Of a stretch of DNA of 64,000 bases, positions 42,215 through 53,615 are shown one piece after another. Position numbers and translations under genes: made by a program. Positions within the stretch are counted from its first letter, which is position 1; each line of letters opens with the position of its first letter. The stretch lies in sequence record NC_071039.1, one strand, 5' to 3'. The notes under the pieces are model-generated. The model made no database searches. It saw only the letters and a program-made list of their open reading frames with translations, and was not told where the DNA came from.

Positions 42215-42355
42215 GTTGCTGCAAAGCATGCAAAATAACGCATACGTAAACAGCACAAAACACGCGCATAATGCGTTGTTTGTGTGCTTTGTGTATACTG
42301 CACTACTATGCAAACTAGCATGCAAAATAACGCATTTTTGCAGCTATAACGCTAG
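42215..42355. repeat. GA/TC/GG/CC-free island C
   Basis: 141 nt with none of the four dinucleotides; AGCATGCAAAATAACGCAT occurs twice. Confidence 0.8.
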
Positions 42356-42562
42356 GGGTACATATTCTTAATTCACTAGAATGATGTATATTTTTAAATT
42401 CTAAATTTAACCTATCTTATAATATACATTACGGAAATGTTACAATTAAAAATTTATTATCTCAGACTTTATGCACATTCAATCTTATAATACTATATTA
42501 AATACAAGTAAAAATATATTTATTGATTTGCAAGTAACATTTAACAAACGGAGTATATTTTA

Positions 42563-43790
42563 ATGGTCTCTGTTAATATACCGTTAATTGTATCTAATAA
42601 AATATATAAAATGGAATTTGAATATGGCGGCAAGGATGATGTGTTATATTTGTGTATGTATAGTGACAAAAATACATATCTACATAATATAATAGTCAAC
42701 ACAGAATTCTCTATGCTTTTTGTTCAATGTATGGGTAAAACTATACCACTAGAATCGATATTATATATCCAGTCAAATATAAAAACAATAAGTGTGACTG
42801 ATGACTATGGCTGTATAACCCTACATAACGATACATTTTGTTTATGTACTGGATATTTTCAGGAAAAAGTTAAATTTTTTGCAGATTAAATATGAATGAA
42901 CAAATTATATTATGTTTCCAAGCATGCGTTAATAAATTTGCCTACTTAGGAAACCCAAAAATAAGATTATTTGGAATCGGTAAAAGTGTCAAGATATCTG
43001 CACGGAATTATAACAATATGGATATAGGTTCGTTTAACAGTAATATGAAATTTTTATTATATATCGATAGTATCCAAGATATTGGAATATATGATGAAAA
43101 TTTTATATTTTATATATCAATAAATTCAGACGAAATATCATTTTTGGGTTCTACAGGTACCGCACAAGTAGATACTGAACTCGGAATTACTATATTCTTT
43201 ACCCGCCCCAAAACATAATCTTAAATTATGATATTCATTGCACAGCGACTGTTACATAAAATAACATATAATAAAAATACAATACTGTTAGGTTGTTTTA
43301 ATAGTGGATATTTTTTAATTAATAGAAGAAGTGGTATTGGATTCTTATTTACAGATATATGTATGAAACGAATAAAATGCATTTATTTCATATTATATAT
43401 TTCGCGTAATACCAATACTATAGGCAAAGATGCAATCTATATTAAAGATTTAGAACTGTTAAGAGTAATGCACATACTTCGATGAATATAAATTTAATAC
43501 TGATACTTCAAAGATGTACGTCTGTAATAGGAGGATTCCAGCGCGGAGGCGCAACACTTATTCATATTTATAGTGATTTTAATTTATCTGCTATAATGAC
43601 GTTATACAAAAGAAGATGCAAATGCATTGTATTTACTGACATTTTGTTTAACAACATTAAAGCCGGTTCTATAGATATCATTATCTATATAAGTAAGAAT
43701 GCAAACCTAATACACTATAACTTTGCCTACATAGCTACATCTCGTACAGATGGAGTTTCTGTTCCTTTACACGATTTGACAGGAATATGA
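42563..43790 (+). CDS. four small ORFs of the diverged paralog family
   Basis: 42563-42889, 42892-43218, 43228-43485, 43482-43790; motifs ILYIQSNIKTI, FYISINSDEI, LYISRNTNTI, IYISKNANLI. Confidence 0.55.
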
Positions 43791-44272
43791 ATAATCCTAT
43801 ATATAATTTTATACTTGCAAGACGAATATGCAAACGGTATAGAATAAAATTTAATCCTTTTGTAAAATTAGATACAGGAAGTTTACAAATAGATAACGCA
43901 GATAAAATAACAGTTAGCGTAAATGTGTTTGATAGTAATTTTATACCTATATTTTGGCACGAAATAGGGCATTATATTCATCATATATTAGTTAATTATA
44001 AAATTTATTTCGATTACTATACTCCTATTTGTCCTACACACGGGTATCTTTTATATAATAAGACACAAGATTTTTATAAATGTCTTTATTCCGAAATGTT
44101 TGCTAGTAGATTTGCACTAAAGGTGTGCGGAGCAAAACATAAGAAATACCTCATAAAATGTTTTCACACATACACCTCTGCTGCATTCAAAACCAACATC
44201 GCCAGTCAATCTAAATTTACAAGATTTGTAGATTTTGTAGAAAAACTTTCTAGAAAATTAAATAGATATTAA
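43787..44272 (+). CDS. HEXXH zinc metallopeptidase-like protein (IrrE/ImmA-like)
   Basis: FWHEIGHYIHH and SEMFASRFA. Confidence 0.65.
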   Translation: MNNPIYNFILARRICKRYRIKFNPFVKLDTGSLQIDNADKITVSVNVFDSNFIPIFWHEIGHYIHHILVNYKIYFDYYTPICPTHGYLLYNKTQDFYKCLYSEMFASRFALKVCGAKHKKYLIKCFHTYTSAAFKTNIASQSKFTRFVDFVEKLSRKLNRY

Positions 44273-44557
44273 TATATGAACACTTATGATTATATAAGAC
44301 AGAATAACGACAAAATAGTTACATTCGAAACTATATTACATATAAGCAGTAGAAGTAGAGTAGTAAGACTGCATTTCGATTTTAATTATATTGTACAACG
44401 AATGTCTCTAATTCTACCAGATAAACAAGGGAACCTGGTAATTAAATACTTTTATTACCGAAGTGTATGAAATATATTTCGTGTATATTATATAACTTTC
44501 TGTTCACTACTTATATAAAAGTACATTCCAAAAATATTGCAAATATAGTATAGTTTT

Positions 44558-44774
44558 CATATAAAAGTATGCGTATAATTTGCACATATAACGCAATAAC
44601 GCAACAACAAACAAAACGTAATAAAAAATGTTGCAATAGCTTAAAAGTTTTAGTATAATAAGCACGTAACAACGCAATACAGTTTACAAACAAAACGTAA
44701 TAAAAAATGTTGCAATAGCTTAAAAGTTTTAGTATAATAAGCGTATAATGCAGCTTATATAACAAGTTAAAAAC
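44558..44774. repeat. GA/TC/GG/CC-free island D containing a 57 nt direct repeat
   Basis: 217 nt with none of the four dinucleotides; 44607-44663 is identical to 44686-44742. Confidence 0.85.
44631..44738 (+). promoter_or_regulatory. tandem duplicated sigma70 promoters for the tRNA cluster
   Basis: TTGCAA-17 nt-TATAAT at 44631-44659 and 44710-44738, each with an A-rich UP-like tract. Confidence 0.75.
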
Positions 44775-44851
44775 CCCTCGGTAGCTCAGTTGGTTAGAGC
44801 GCGCGACTCATAATCGCTAGGTCACTGGTTCGAATCCAGTTCGAGGGACCA
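44775..44851 (+). tRNA. tRNA-Ile2 (CAT anticodon, lysidine type)
   Basis: Cloverleaf with encoded CCA; anticodon arm GCGA-CTCATAA-TCGC as in bacterial tRNA-Ile2; A73. Confidence 0.85.
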
Positions 44852-44873
44852 ATTTTAAGATGTTGTGCTTTTA

Positions 44874-44958
44874 GCCCGAGTGGTGAAATTGGTAGACACA
44901 GGAGACTTAAAATCTCCCGCTTCGCAGCGTACCGGTTCGAGTCCGGTCTCGGGTACCA
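44874..44958 (+). tRNA. tRNA-Leu (TAA)
   Basis: GGAGA-CTTAAAA-TCTCC anticodon arm, long variable arm, CCA. Confidence 0.95.
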
Positions 44959-45008
44959 AACAAAAGATATAAATACTTAACAAGATAGGAAACTATTCTA
45001 AAATTAAA

Positions 45009-45084
45009 TGGCTAGTAGCTCAGTTGGTAGAGCAAATGACTGTTAATCATTAGGTCGTAGGTTCGAGTCCTACCTAGCCAGCCA
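45009..45084 (+). tRNA. tRNA-Asn (GTT)
   Basis: Cloverleaf, T1-A72, G73, CCA. Confidence 0.95.
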
Positions 45085-45110
45085 ATTACACTTTGTTGTA
45101 TATTCAATAT

Positions 45111-45186
<76 letters not shown>

Positions 45187-45255
45187 ATTTTAAATAACAG
45201 TTGTATCTAAAGAGATACAATAGTCTAAATAAAATATTCATATAATGTTTCAAAC

Positions 45256-45332
45256 GGGACTTTAGCTCAGTTGGTTAGAGCGCGCGACTCATAATCGCTA
45301 GGTCACTGGTTCGAATCCAGTAAGTCCCACCA
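45256..45332 (+). tRNA. tRNA-Ile2 (CAT), second copy
   Basis: Positions 8-65 identical to the first copy; acceptor stem GGGACTT/AAGTCCC; CCA. Confidence 0.85.
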
Positions 45333-45382
45333 ATTTTTATATACAAATCAAACTATACTTAAACTATATAATGAATGAATAT

Positions 45383-45467
45383 GCCCGGTTGGTGAAATCG
45401 GTAGACACAGGAGACTTAAAATCTCCCGACGAAAGTCGTGCCAGTTCGAGTCTGGCACCGGGCACCA
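45383..45467 (+). tRNA. tRNA-Leu (TAA), second copy
   Basis: Same anticodon arm as the first copy, different acceptor and variable arms; CCA. Confidence 0.95.
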
Positions 45468-45693
45468 AACTCCTACAAAAGGAACATATTATAGTATGTT
45501 CCTTTTTTATTATGATATTTTTATTATGAATGAAATAATGCATATATCTGCCAACACATACGTAATAGAATATCGCGTATTAAACAAGTTAGTAGTCACT
45601 ATAAAAAATAATAGATCTTTCACATTATGGATACATTTTGATATCGGTGCATTTTCTATAGCATGGAAATACAATGCAATATAGAATTAAAAA

Positions 45694-45855
45694 ATGAAAT
45701 ACATTATTAATTTACAATACTCAACAGAAGTAATATATATGCCTTGTTTTAACATATTATCGCTATGCGATAATAGATCTGTTACTATCCTTTCTATTAC
45801 TATGATATTTAAGATAAGATACTATTTACATCCGATGTACCGTTATATTCTATAA
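45694..45855 (+). CDS. half-length member of the small paralog family (not in ORF track)
   Basis: MKYIINLQYSTEVI..., 53 aa. Confidence 0.45.
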   Translation: MKYIINLQYSTEVIYMPCFNILSLCDNRSVTILSITMIFKIRYYLHPMYRYIL

Positions 45856-46331
45856 TACATAATATTTTTATTGTAACAAATACCAGAAGTGCTTAGATAA
45901 TATATAGCAATTCTGTTTATTATCGAGATTGCGGTATACTTAGTATTTCTTATTAACCGTATTACATAGAATAAAGAATGGAAAAAATTTTAACTATTTC
46001 ACATAAAACATTAATATGTGAACTGTCGTTATTAAACTGGTCGAAATCCATAGTTTGTGCATATTCTGGCGAAATAATATGGTATGTTCGGTTGCATAAG
46101 AAATGTTATGTAGTACAGCTAAGATGATAATGAACTGTATTTTTTCCTATTCGTACTATTTAGAACGCATCGTATGTCATGCAAAAATCTACAAAAGGTT
46201 TGTAGTCAGTAAAAATACTTTTTGTGAGAAATCCGTAATAGCTTTATACTTAATAAATAGTGGTAGTTATTTTCATAAATGTTACGTCGATCATTACTTA
46301 ATTGTATAGATATATATTTTAATAAAAATAG

Positions 46332-46360
46332 TTGACCAAACGCACAAAACAGTATATAAT
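46332..46360 (+). promoter_or_regulatory. sigma70-type promoter for tRNA-Arg
   Basis: TTGACC-17 nt-TATAAT. Confidence 0.7.
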
Positions 46361-46411
46361 GTTACGCATACAAAGCATTATTACAAAGCTATCATTAGTT
46401 GCACAAGATAT

Positions 46412-46488
46412 GCGCTCGTAGCTCAGCTGGATAGAGCATCCGCCTTCTAAGCGGATGGTCGGGGGTTCGAATCCCTCCGGGCGCGCCA
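46412..46488 (+). tRNA. tRNA-Arg (TCT)
   Basis: Cloverleaf, TCCGC-CTTCTAA-GCGGA, CCA. Confidence 0.95.
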
Positions 46489-47027
46489 ATTTTTAAAGAG
46501 TGTTGTGTTATGCAAACAATAAGATTTGACATAAGACTTCTTCGTTATAGTATGAAACAAGGTTTCTGCTGTATAGGTAAAGATATATTCGAAGTGTGCA
46601 GAAAAACTCGGATCAGTCCAGGTCAGCTAAACTTACGAAAAATTATATAGGACGAGTATTAATCGGAATTGATTCAAACTACAATCTGCACAATACCTGT
46701 TTAGTAGGATGGACTCACTATAAAAATATTATAGTATAAAAATTTATATTAATAATATGAATAGATGCAAAGAACATCTACAATACAGAACAATCAAAAA
46801 GCATACATTAACTTGTAGGAAATGCAAAGAGTTATCGTTACAAATAAAATTATTTTGGCTTCAACAACAAGCATTCAGTATTAGAACTGATACTAGCGGA
46901 ATATACATATTCGATAATAAATATAATTCTATTTACGTATACTCTGTGGCCTGGTATAATACAGAATTATACGGTAAAGGGACAATAATTTTAGAATAAA
47001 CATGTATATATAAGAGTACCTCAATTA

Positions 47028-47360
47028 ATGAATAATTATTCTAATGATACAGATATTCTAAAATGGATAAAGCGTAACAATAGAAAAAATGCACGTCTAA
47101 TTTCATATATAGACGGAATATATAATATTGTTTATTTCGATGGCGGAAAAGCAAGAGTTGGCATAGTAAAAGACAATATGCACTGCAGATACGGAATACA
47201 TAGTCGTGGATCTATGTATTCGAAAGATATAATGAGCCTGTGGCAATCTAGTACAGGTTCGTGTTCGCCTGATGATGTAAAGATTATGCAAGATTATCTA
47301 GACGATAAATGTATGCTTCCGGAATTTGATTTTTCTCAGATTAAAAATTTAAAATGGTAA
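47028..47360 (+). CDS. conserved hypothetical phage protein
   Basis: YGIHSRGSMY...LWQS.TG...MQDYLD...LP.FDF motif. Confidence 0.65.
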   Translation: MNNYSNDTDILKWIKRNNRKNARLISYIDGIYNIVYFDGGKARVGIVKDNMHCRYGIHSRGSMYSKDIMSLWQSSTGSCSPDDVKIMQDYLDDKCMLPEFDFSQIKNLKW

Positions 47361-47383
47361 ATAATATAACAATATAGTTTTAT

Positions 47384-47460
47384 CGCAGGGTATGCAAGAG
47401 GTCTAAGCAGAAAGGCTCATAACCTTTTTATCGTGGGTTCGAATCCCACCCCTGCAACCA
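47384..47460 (+). tRNA. tRNA-Met (CAT), initiator-like
   Basis: C1:A72 mismatch, AAAGG-CTCATAA-CCTTT, CCA. Confidence 0.8.
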
Positions 47461-47469
47461 GTTTTATAT

Positions 47470-47546
47470 CTAGGCATAGCTCAAGTAGGTAGAGCACTTG
47501 CTTTGGGAGCAAGAGGTTGGGGATTCGAGGTCTCCTGCCTAGACCA
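47470..47546 (+). tRNA. tRNA-Pro (TGG)
   Basis: Cloverleaf, C1-G72, A73, CCA. Confidence 0.92.
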
Positions 47547-47555
47547 ATTTACTAT

Positions 47556-47628
47556 GCAGTCCTAGCTCAATTGGTAGAGCACTGTCCTTCCAAGTCAGAT
47601 GTTACGGGTTCGAGTCCCGTGGGCTGCT
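47556..47628 (+). tRNA. tRNA-Gly (TCC)
   Basis: Cloverleaf, T73; no encoded CCA (followed by CAA); T30:T40 mismatch. Confidence 0.82.
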
Positions 47629-48443
47629 CAATATTCTGATATAATTGATTAGTATATCTAATCGATGGTTAGTGTAGTGGATGCATATGGAAATATAGAA
47701 GTATTAGTTATGCCATCTAACATAACGGTACTAGAATTACAGGCATATACAACAGAGCTATTGTATGTAAGAAAATCTCATTGTTTATGTTTATACCTTC
47801 CTAATATAGGAAATTATGCTTTATGGTTTTTAGACAGATAGGATAAAAATATAAATTGATATTATTCTGTTTAAGGAACTAGCATTAAATGGCAGGTTGC
47901 TTATTTAGACTAGATTTGTCTATTTTTCGTGAAAATGTATATAGTATTTCTAGTTTGTCTTATACAAAATCTATATGTGTTTCAATAAAAACTATGCCGA
48001 CAAGCAATAGAAAACAATTAGAAATATATATTGTAGATAAAACAACTGATTTTTTAGTTGCATGCAAGTATTTTTAGCTTATCTATTTTGACTTGCCTTT
48101 AAAATAAATAACCATTATATATTTGATATAACAACTATTCTAAATAGAAATAAAACCATAAATACACATAATAACGGTGTGGATTTATGGAAAACATATT
48201 TAGGATATCTATTAATGCTAACGAAGGTATTATACGAATATCCCCTACTTACTTTTTTAATGGTGTTTTTTATTCAAAGCATTTGAATATTTTTATAATA
48301 GATCCCGACGGATATTTAATAAGAAAAATATATACTTGTAGTACATTCTTATGATGATTTCTTTTAAATATACAAAATAACATTTGACAAAAGTATAATT
48401 ATTTCGTATAATAAGTGTATAAAATAACAAAAGAGAATTTTAA

Positions 48444-48803
48444 ATGATTTCCAAAATTCAAATTGTATACGGAATATATCTTCCTACTGCCGATGCAAAA
48501 ATTATATACGAAGACTCAGAATACGAATCTAATAAAATAAATAAAAATATTAGATTATTTGCAAATGATGATTATTTAGAAGATAAGATTTTAGAAAATA
48601 AGGAATTCGAAGATAATCCCTATGTTCCGCACTTTTATGGTATCTTTTGTAAAGAATTCGATAATGACCAAAGTGCATACTTATATAATGTTCCTAAATC
48701 TTTTATAGATGAATATAATAATGTAGCTCCAGCTATTTTAGCTAGACTCGGTTATTTATATAGAGTTGCAGGAAAACAACCTTGTAGAATAATTTACGAA
48801 TAG
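48444..48803 (+). CDS. hypothetical protein
   Basis: 119 aa with AGAG SD and an upstream TTGACA promoter-like element. Confidence 0.6.
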   Translation: MISKIQIVYGIYLPTADAKIIYEDSEYESNKINKNIRLFANDDYLEDKILENKEFEDNPYVPHFYGIFCKEFDNDQSAYLYNVPKSFIDEYNNVAPAILARLGYLYRVAGKQPCRIIYE

Positions 48804-48817
48804 AATTAACTAGTTTT

Positions 48818-48907
48818 GGAGAGGTGATAGAGTCTGGTTTATTATACTAGTCTTGAAAACTAGCGGATCGAAAGGTCCCGTGGGTTCGAATCCCACCCTC
48901 TCCGCCA
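48818..48907 (+). tRNA. tRNA-Ser (TGA)
   Basis: CTAGT-CTTGAAA-ACTAG, long variable arm, G73, CCA. Confidence 0.95.
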
Positions 48908-48912
48908 AATAT

Positions 48913-49002
48913 AGATACTTGACCGAGTGGCTTAAGGTGCTTCCCTGCTAAGGAAGTGAGTTTGAAAAAGCTCCGTAGGTTCGAATCCTACAGTATCTGC
49001 CA
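48913..49002 (+). tRNA. tRNA-Ser (GCT)
   Basis: CTTCC-CTGCTAA-GGAAG, long variable arm, G73, CCA. Confidence 0.95.
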
Positions 49003-49370
49003 ACACACAAGCGGAACAATTGTTCCGCTTTTTATTAACCTAATAAATGTTGTTTTATAATGAGTAACATTATAAAACACAATAACAAAAATATCTTATA
49101 ATACTAGTTTTGAAATTTCTAAAATAATTTGTAATAATATTAGTTTTAGTTATTGTATAGAAAAAGATTACTAGACAAAATATTATTGCAGATGTCGTAT
49201 GCAATTAACTAATATTATTATCTAATTTAGCAAAGTCAGAAAATATTCATACTAATTTAAATCAGAGTATAGTATTACATTCTAGTATTTTCCATTAAAA
49301 CAATAAATTTACAATTTTATTAATACACAGAGTGTAGTATATTAAATATAAATCACACGAGGTCACAGTT

Positions 49371-50572
49371 ATGAACAAACATTTCGATATAATTGCCGAA
49401 CTCGAATATCCTACTTACACTGTACAAGTAAGGAAATATCGCGACGATGGCAGATATGAAGTTGGCCAACAACCCAATGAAGGCGAGTATATTGCACGTC
49501 ACGAAAATTGCACTGCAGATGACGCCATCCGTGTACTATCTCACTACTGCACAGCAGCCCTTTATAAAATAAAGAAACAATACTAATTTAATGAGAATAT
49601 TTGTTATGTGTATAACTAGTGGTCCTAGCCTAGCATTTTGGCAAGAACCAAATTGCGGAATAACATATGACACTAAATATGCATATGGCGATTTCAGCGT
49701 TAATGACATATTCGGTGTATTAGTAAATAAAGTAAGCATAGTGTTATACGCAAATGTATCTAATTACGAGATATTAAGCTACTCTGAGTTCTTAAAATCA
49801 TGCACATAACTAAACTATGTTCCATGTATCAATATCTCGAAATCATCATGGAAAATCTGCAGGACAAAACATCATCAATTATAGTTAGATTTGAAGTACC
49901 GACAGAGTATGGTACTATTTCATCTTTCATCTTTCATTTTAAAATACATAAGAAAACAACTAAAATAACTAATAATCTAAGCGATTATTCTAATAGAATA
50001 AATCATTTACATAAAAGTTATATCAGATGGATTAATAACCCAAGAATGAAACTTTATAAATGATAAAAATATTTAAAATACAGATGCATTTAGAACATAT
50101 AGTATATGATCATTTAGCTATATATACTATAGATTCATCATCATCAGCCATCGTTTTTATTAATTTAAATAATCCTAAACCCATATGGAACACTCATTAT
50201 AAACATTAAAGAGAATAATGAATGAACTTTGAGTATGTATTTAAATTAATCAATCTACTAAAAGTTTCTAACTCAATAGAATGTATTTCGTTATCTAAAT
50301 TTTATAACGACTACGGCGTATATATAGAATACAAAAATAATAAAAAACTGCATCGCTTGTTAGACCATAACATTACTAGCCCAATCAACATTATAGAAGA
50401 AGAACTAGAACGCATAATTAGAATTTCTGCATCTAATGTGAAAATATCACCAGTGTACAATCGTGCTACCCAGAAAGAAATATTAAATATGTGGATAAAT
50501 TATACATTAATTTGGCGAAGAACATTTTATTCCAGTGCATATACAATGCAACCGTATTTGAAGGTAAAGTAA
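49371..50572 (+). CDS. four small hypothetical proteins (49371-49586, 49591-49809, 49800-50063, 50222-50572)
   Basis: Tandem ORFs; the first has a GAGG SD and an ARHENCTADDAIR motif. Confidence 0.55.
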
Positions 50573-50752
50573 ATGACAATAGACGAATTTCTAGAACAAT
50601 TAGATTGTGCATGTACTGATGGCAATTGTATATTTCGCCCATCGCATTGGAAAGGAATGGTAACTAACGGCGGTTGTAAGTGTCTGGTAGACAGAAATAA
50701 ACACACTAATGTACTGAGGTATATTAATTTCTTAAAATCTAAAATAAAATGA
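50573..50752 (+). CDS. small Cys-rich protein (not in ORF track)
   Basis: MTIDEFLEQLDCACTDGNCIF...GMVTNGGCKCL, 59 aa; overlaps both neighbours. Confidence 0.65.
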   Translation: MTIDEFLEQLDCACTDGNCIFRPSHWKGMVTNGGCKCLVDRNKHTNVLRYINFLKSKIK

Positions 50753-50963
50753 TAGATTACATCTTTAAATTAAGTTCCTATTGTTTAATTTTTATAGATT
50801 CATCACGCCATTATGGTGTACACTACGATCTGGCAGAATATTTTTCAGACGGTTCTATATGGTATAAATGGTCTTATGAGACCACTTCGCACAACGATAC
50901 TCAGTATAATAAAGGAAAATACACAAAAAGTTTTATATACTTAATGGAAGGAAAATATTCAGC

Positions 50964-51482
50964 ATGAAAGGGTATGATTTAATTAAAGAATATTATGGTA
51001 CCCGGGTTGCTAAACGTTCCGGGATTCCGTTAATGAACCATATAGATGAAGGTCTAAAAATTTTAGATACAATAAATTCTTCATACGAAGTAAAAGAAGC
51101 ATTTTGTTTACATCCTTTGCTCCAAAATAACGAAGAATTTGAAAATAACTATGATTTAGTAGTAAGCACAGGCGGCCTGGTAACAAAAAGTATTCTTCTT
51201 GCAATGGAATATAGACACAAAGCAAATACATATTTGTGTAAAAAAGAAACAGATCATTGGACAGTCGAATATGCATCTAAAAAAATAGGTCATGTTATTC
51301 ATCCTGTAAAAGAAATGCTAATAGCAGATAAGGTTCAAAATTTCAAAGATTTTAAAATATATCATAAAGACACCCACAAAAGATCTCATCAATTATCTAA
51401 ATATTTTAAAAATTGGTTAACAATCTTAGAAATATCCGACGCTGACGCCAAAGATTTAGAACAAGTGTGTTATAAAGATTAA
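50964..51482 (+). CDS. divergent HD-domain-like protein
   Basis: KRSGIPLMNHIDEG, FCLHP and LIADKVQN resemble the HD-hydrolase layout, with HP in place of HD. Confidence 0.45.
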   Translation: MKGYDLIKEYYGTRVAKRSGIPLMNHIDEGLKILDTINSSYEVKEAFCLHPLLQNNEEFENNYDLVVSTGGLVTKSILLAMEYRHKANTYLCKKETDHWTVEYASKKIGHVIHPVKEMLIADKVQNFKDFKIYHKDTHKRSHQLSKYFKNWLTILEISDADAKDLEQVCYKD

Positions 51483-51543
51483 CACACATTAGATTTATAA
51501 ATGCAATGCCACTAAATATCTTTAATTATGTAGGAGATATATT

Positions 51544-52182
51544 ATGTGGCAACAGCGTTGGGCATTAGTTGGAGACTCTATCCAGGCATGGGTATTAGAA
51601 AATAGTAATAGTGGTATTATTCCGAGGGCAGATAAACTCACTGCATCTATGATACCGTTTAAAGTAAACGCATCTATACAGAACGTGTCTGTCCCGGGTA
51701 TGCGTTTAGCAAAAGGAACTGATCCTAGTGATCCGTTTGATATTTCTTCATTAAGCAAATTACATGGATTTTTCGGGTTAAACGGAGTTGTGTGTACATT
51801 AGGTACAAACGACTACGGAAGTCCATACGTAACTACAGTCGATTATTTTTATGCTTTAACTGATTTTTTGAATGCAGCAATATCGTTAACCATACCTGTT
51901 GTAATTGTTTCGCCTATATGGCGACAAGATAAGGATACATCTGTATTAAAATACGACGGAACGACTAATGTACTTGCAGATTTTCAAAATACAGCACAAT
52001 GGGTTACTTCACTTGTTTCTGCTAATAATAGTAATGTCTATTTTATAGATGGGAAACAAGCACCTGTCCAAAATGCAACATATTTTGGCGATGGATTGCA
52101 TTTAAATGCTGCCGGGCATGCTAAATTTTGCACATGGTTAGTAAATGAAATGAAATCCAAAAATCTTTGGCAACAATATTAA
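51544..52182 (+). CDS. SGNH/GDSL hydrolase (late-promoter associated)
   Basis: LVGDSI, LGTNDY, DGLHLNAAGH; CTAAATA at 51512-51518. Confidence 0.88.
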   Translation: MWQQRWALVGDSIQAWVLENSNSGIIPRADKLTASMIPFKVNASIQNVSVPGMRLAKGTDPSDPFDISSLSKLHGFFGLNGVVCTLGTNDYGSPYVTTVDYFYALTDFLNAAISLTIPVVIVSPIWRQDKDTSVLKYDGTTNVLADFQNTAQWVTSLVSANNSNVYFIDGKQAPVQNATYFGDGLHLNAAGHAKFCTWLVNEMKSKNLWQQY

Positions 52183-52184
52183 TA

Positions 52185-52214
52185 AAACATTGCCCGCTAA
52201 TGCGGGCAATGTTT
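52185..52214. terminator. intrinsic terminator
   Basis: AAACATTGCCCGC-TAAT-GCGGGCAATGTTT. Confidence 0.75.
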
Positions 52215-52288
52215 TATTGTATTTTTATTTTTCTTATGCTATTATACAAATAATAAATAATGGACGTTTAATAACAAGGAAATGTTTT

Positions 52289-52519
52289 ATGAGTTCAGAA
52301 TTTGATATAGATGACAGCGGACTTGCTGAAACCCACGAACAAATTGTAGAAAAAGCTGTAAGTAAAATACGAAAAGAAATGGCAAGAAATTCTGGCTATA
52401 CCGAATGTATAGATTGCGGAGAAGAAATAGGAGAAGAAAGAAAACGTATACTACCAAGTGCAACAAAATGTGTGGAATGCCAGTCGTTGTTTGATCTGAG
52501 AAATAAGTTATACAAATGA
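52289..52519 (+). CDS. traR: TraR/DksA C4-type zinc finger protein
   Basis: CIDCGEEIGEERKRILPSATKCVECQ; acidic N-terminus (DIDD); AAGGA SD. Confidence 0.8.
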   Translation: MSSEFDIDDSGLAETHEQIVEKAVSKIRKEMARNSGYTECIDCGEEIGEERKRILPSATKCVECQSLFDLRNKLYK

Positions 52520-53342
52520 ATCTATCATTATTATGTAAATTATCTAGAGTAGTTAGAAATAGTACAATCGTTGTTTCTATTGAATATTCTAATTTTTTTA
52601 TTTCCATTTTTAATAAAATATATAGTTTAATAAGAATTGACATTGTTTCTAATTTAGCTACATGTTGCTTACTACCAACTGTTATAAACCTATTATCGTT
52701 TTGTATAGAAGAAAGAAATGAAAATAAATCTAAAAAAGATAATAACACTAAACAAACTTAGTGAGATTATATTTAGAAAACAAATATAACCCGAATGTCT
52801 CTGAATTGCATTATAACGTATTAATAGATATAATATATTAAGAATCTAAGCAATAAATATTTGCATATAAGAAGGATTCTAATATGTCATATAATCCAAA
52901 TTTCAATACCTCTATTATAGGATTATCGTATAATTCTATAAAATTACATATAGTAGAACATGTACAAAAAGACATAAAAGGTAATACAGTTTACATTATA
53001 TCATTTGTAAATGATTTTGGATTTATTTTTGCTAAGGTAAAAACTAAATATGATCCTAAAACTGTCTTATAATGCACGCCAAATATGCATAGAACCAAGT
53101 ACCATATATACAACCATATATACATGTATATGGGTCCGGGGAGAAAAAGGGATAGTTTTGTATAGACGTATGATTTATGATACAAGATCGATGAGTATAG
53201 GTAATTATGATTATACAACTTATATTTCGCATGAAATAGGAGGCTTAGGCTGGACCAGTTATAAGAATTTAAAAAAATGCTAGATTTCGTTGTTATAAAA
53301 CAGTATACTAAACACTCGACACATTAACTAGCAGAGGTAAAC

Positions 53343-53492
53343 GTGGATAATATCAAATCGTGCAAATGCGCACATGATTTCCAGGACAGTGTGTACGGCA
53401 AAGGTAATCGTGTGCATAACGTGTTTACTAAGGGCTATCGTTGCACTGTTTGCGGTAAAGAAATTATTACTTCTTCCACTGGCAAGAAGTAA
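53343..53492 (+). CDS. tiny Zn-ribbon protein (GTG start, not in ORF track)
   Basis: MDNIKSCKCAHDFQDSVYGKGNRVHN...YRCTVCGK, 49 aa; GAGGT SD; own terminator at 53500-53525. Confidence 0.75.
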   Translation: MDNIKSCKCAHDFQDSVYGKGNRVHNVFTKGYRCTVCGKEIITSSTGKK

Positions 53493-53615
53493 AATATAAA
53501 AAAAGGGCACAATGTGCCCTTTTTTAATAGTAAGAAACAAAGTAAGTCATGCATTCAACTATCTATAATATACACTGTGCATTCTAATACACAGTGTATT
53601 GTTGCGAGTAATTAA

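Noticed and set aside
47660-47700. Extra tRNA gene (GATGGTTAGTGTAGTGGATGCAT resembles a D-arm)
   Set aside because: No anticodon arm, T-arm or acceptor partner; at most a decayed remnant.
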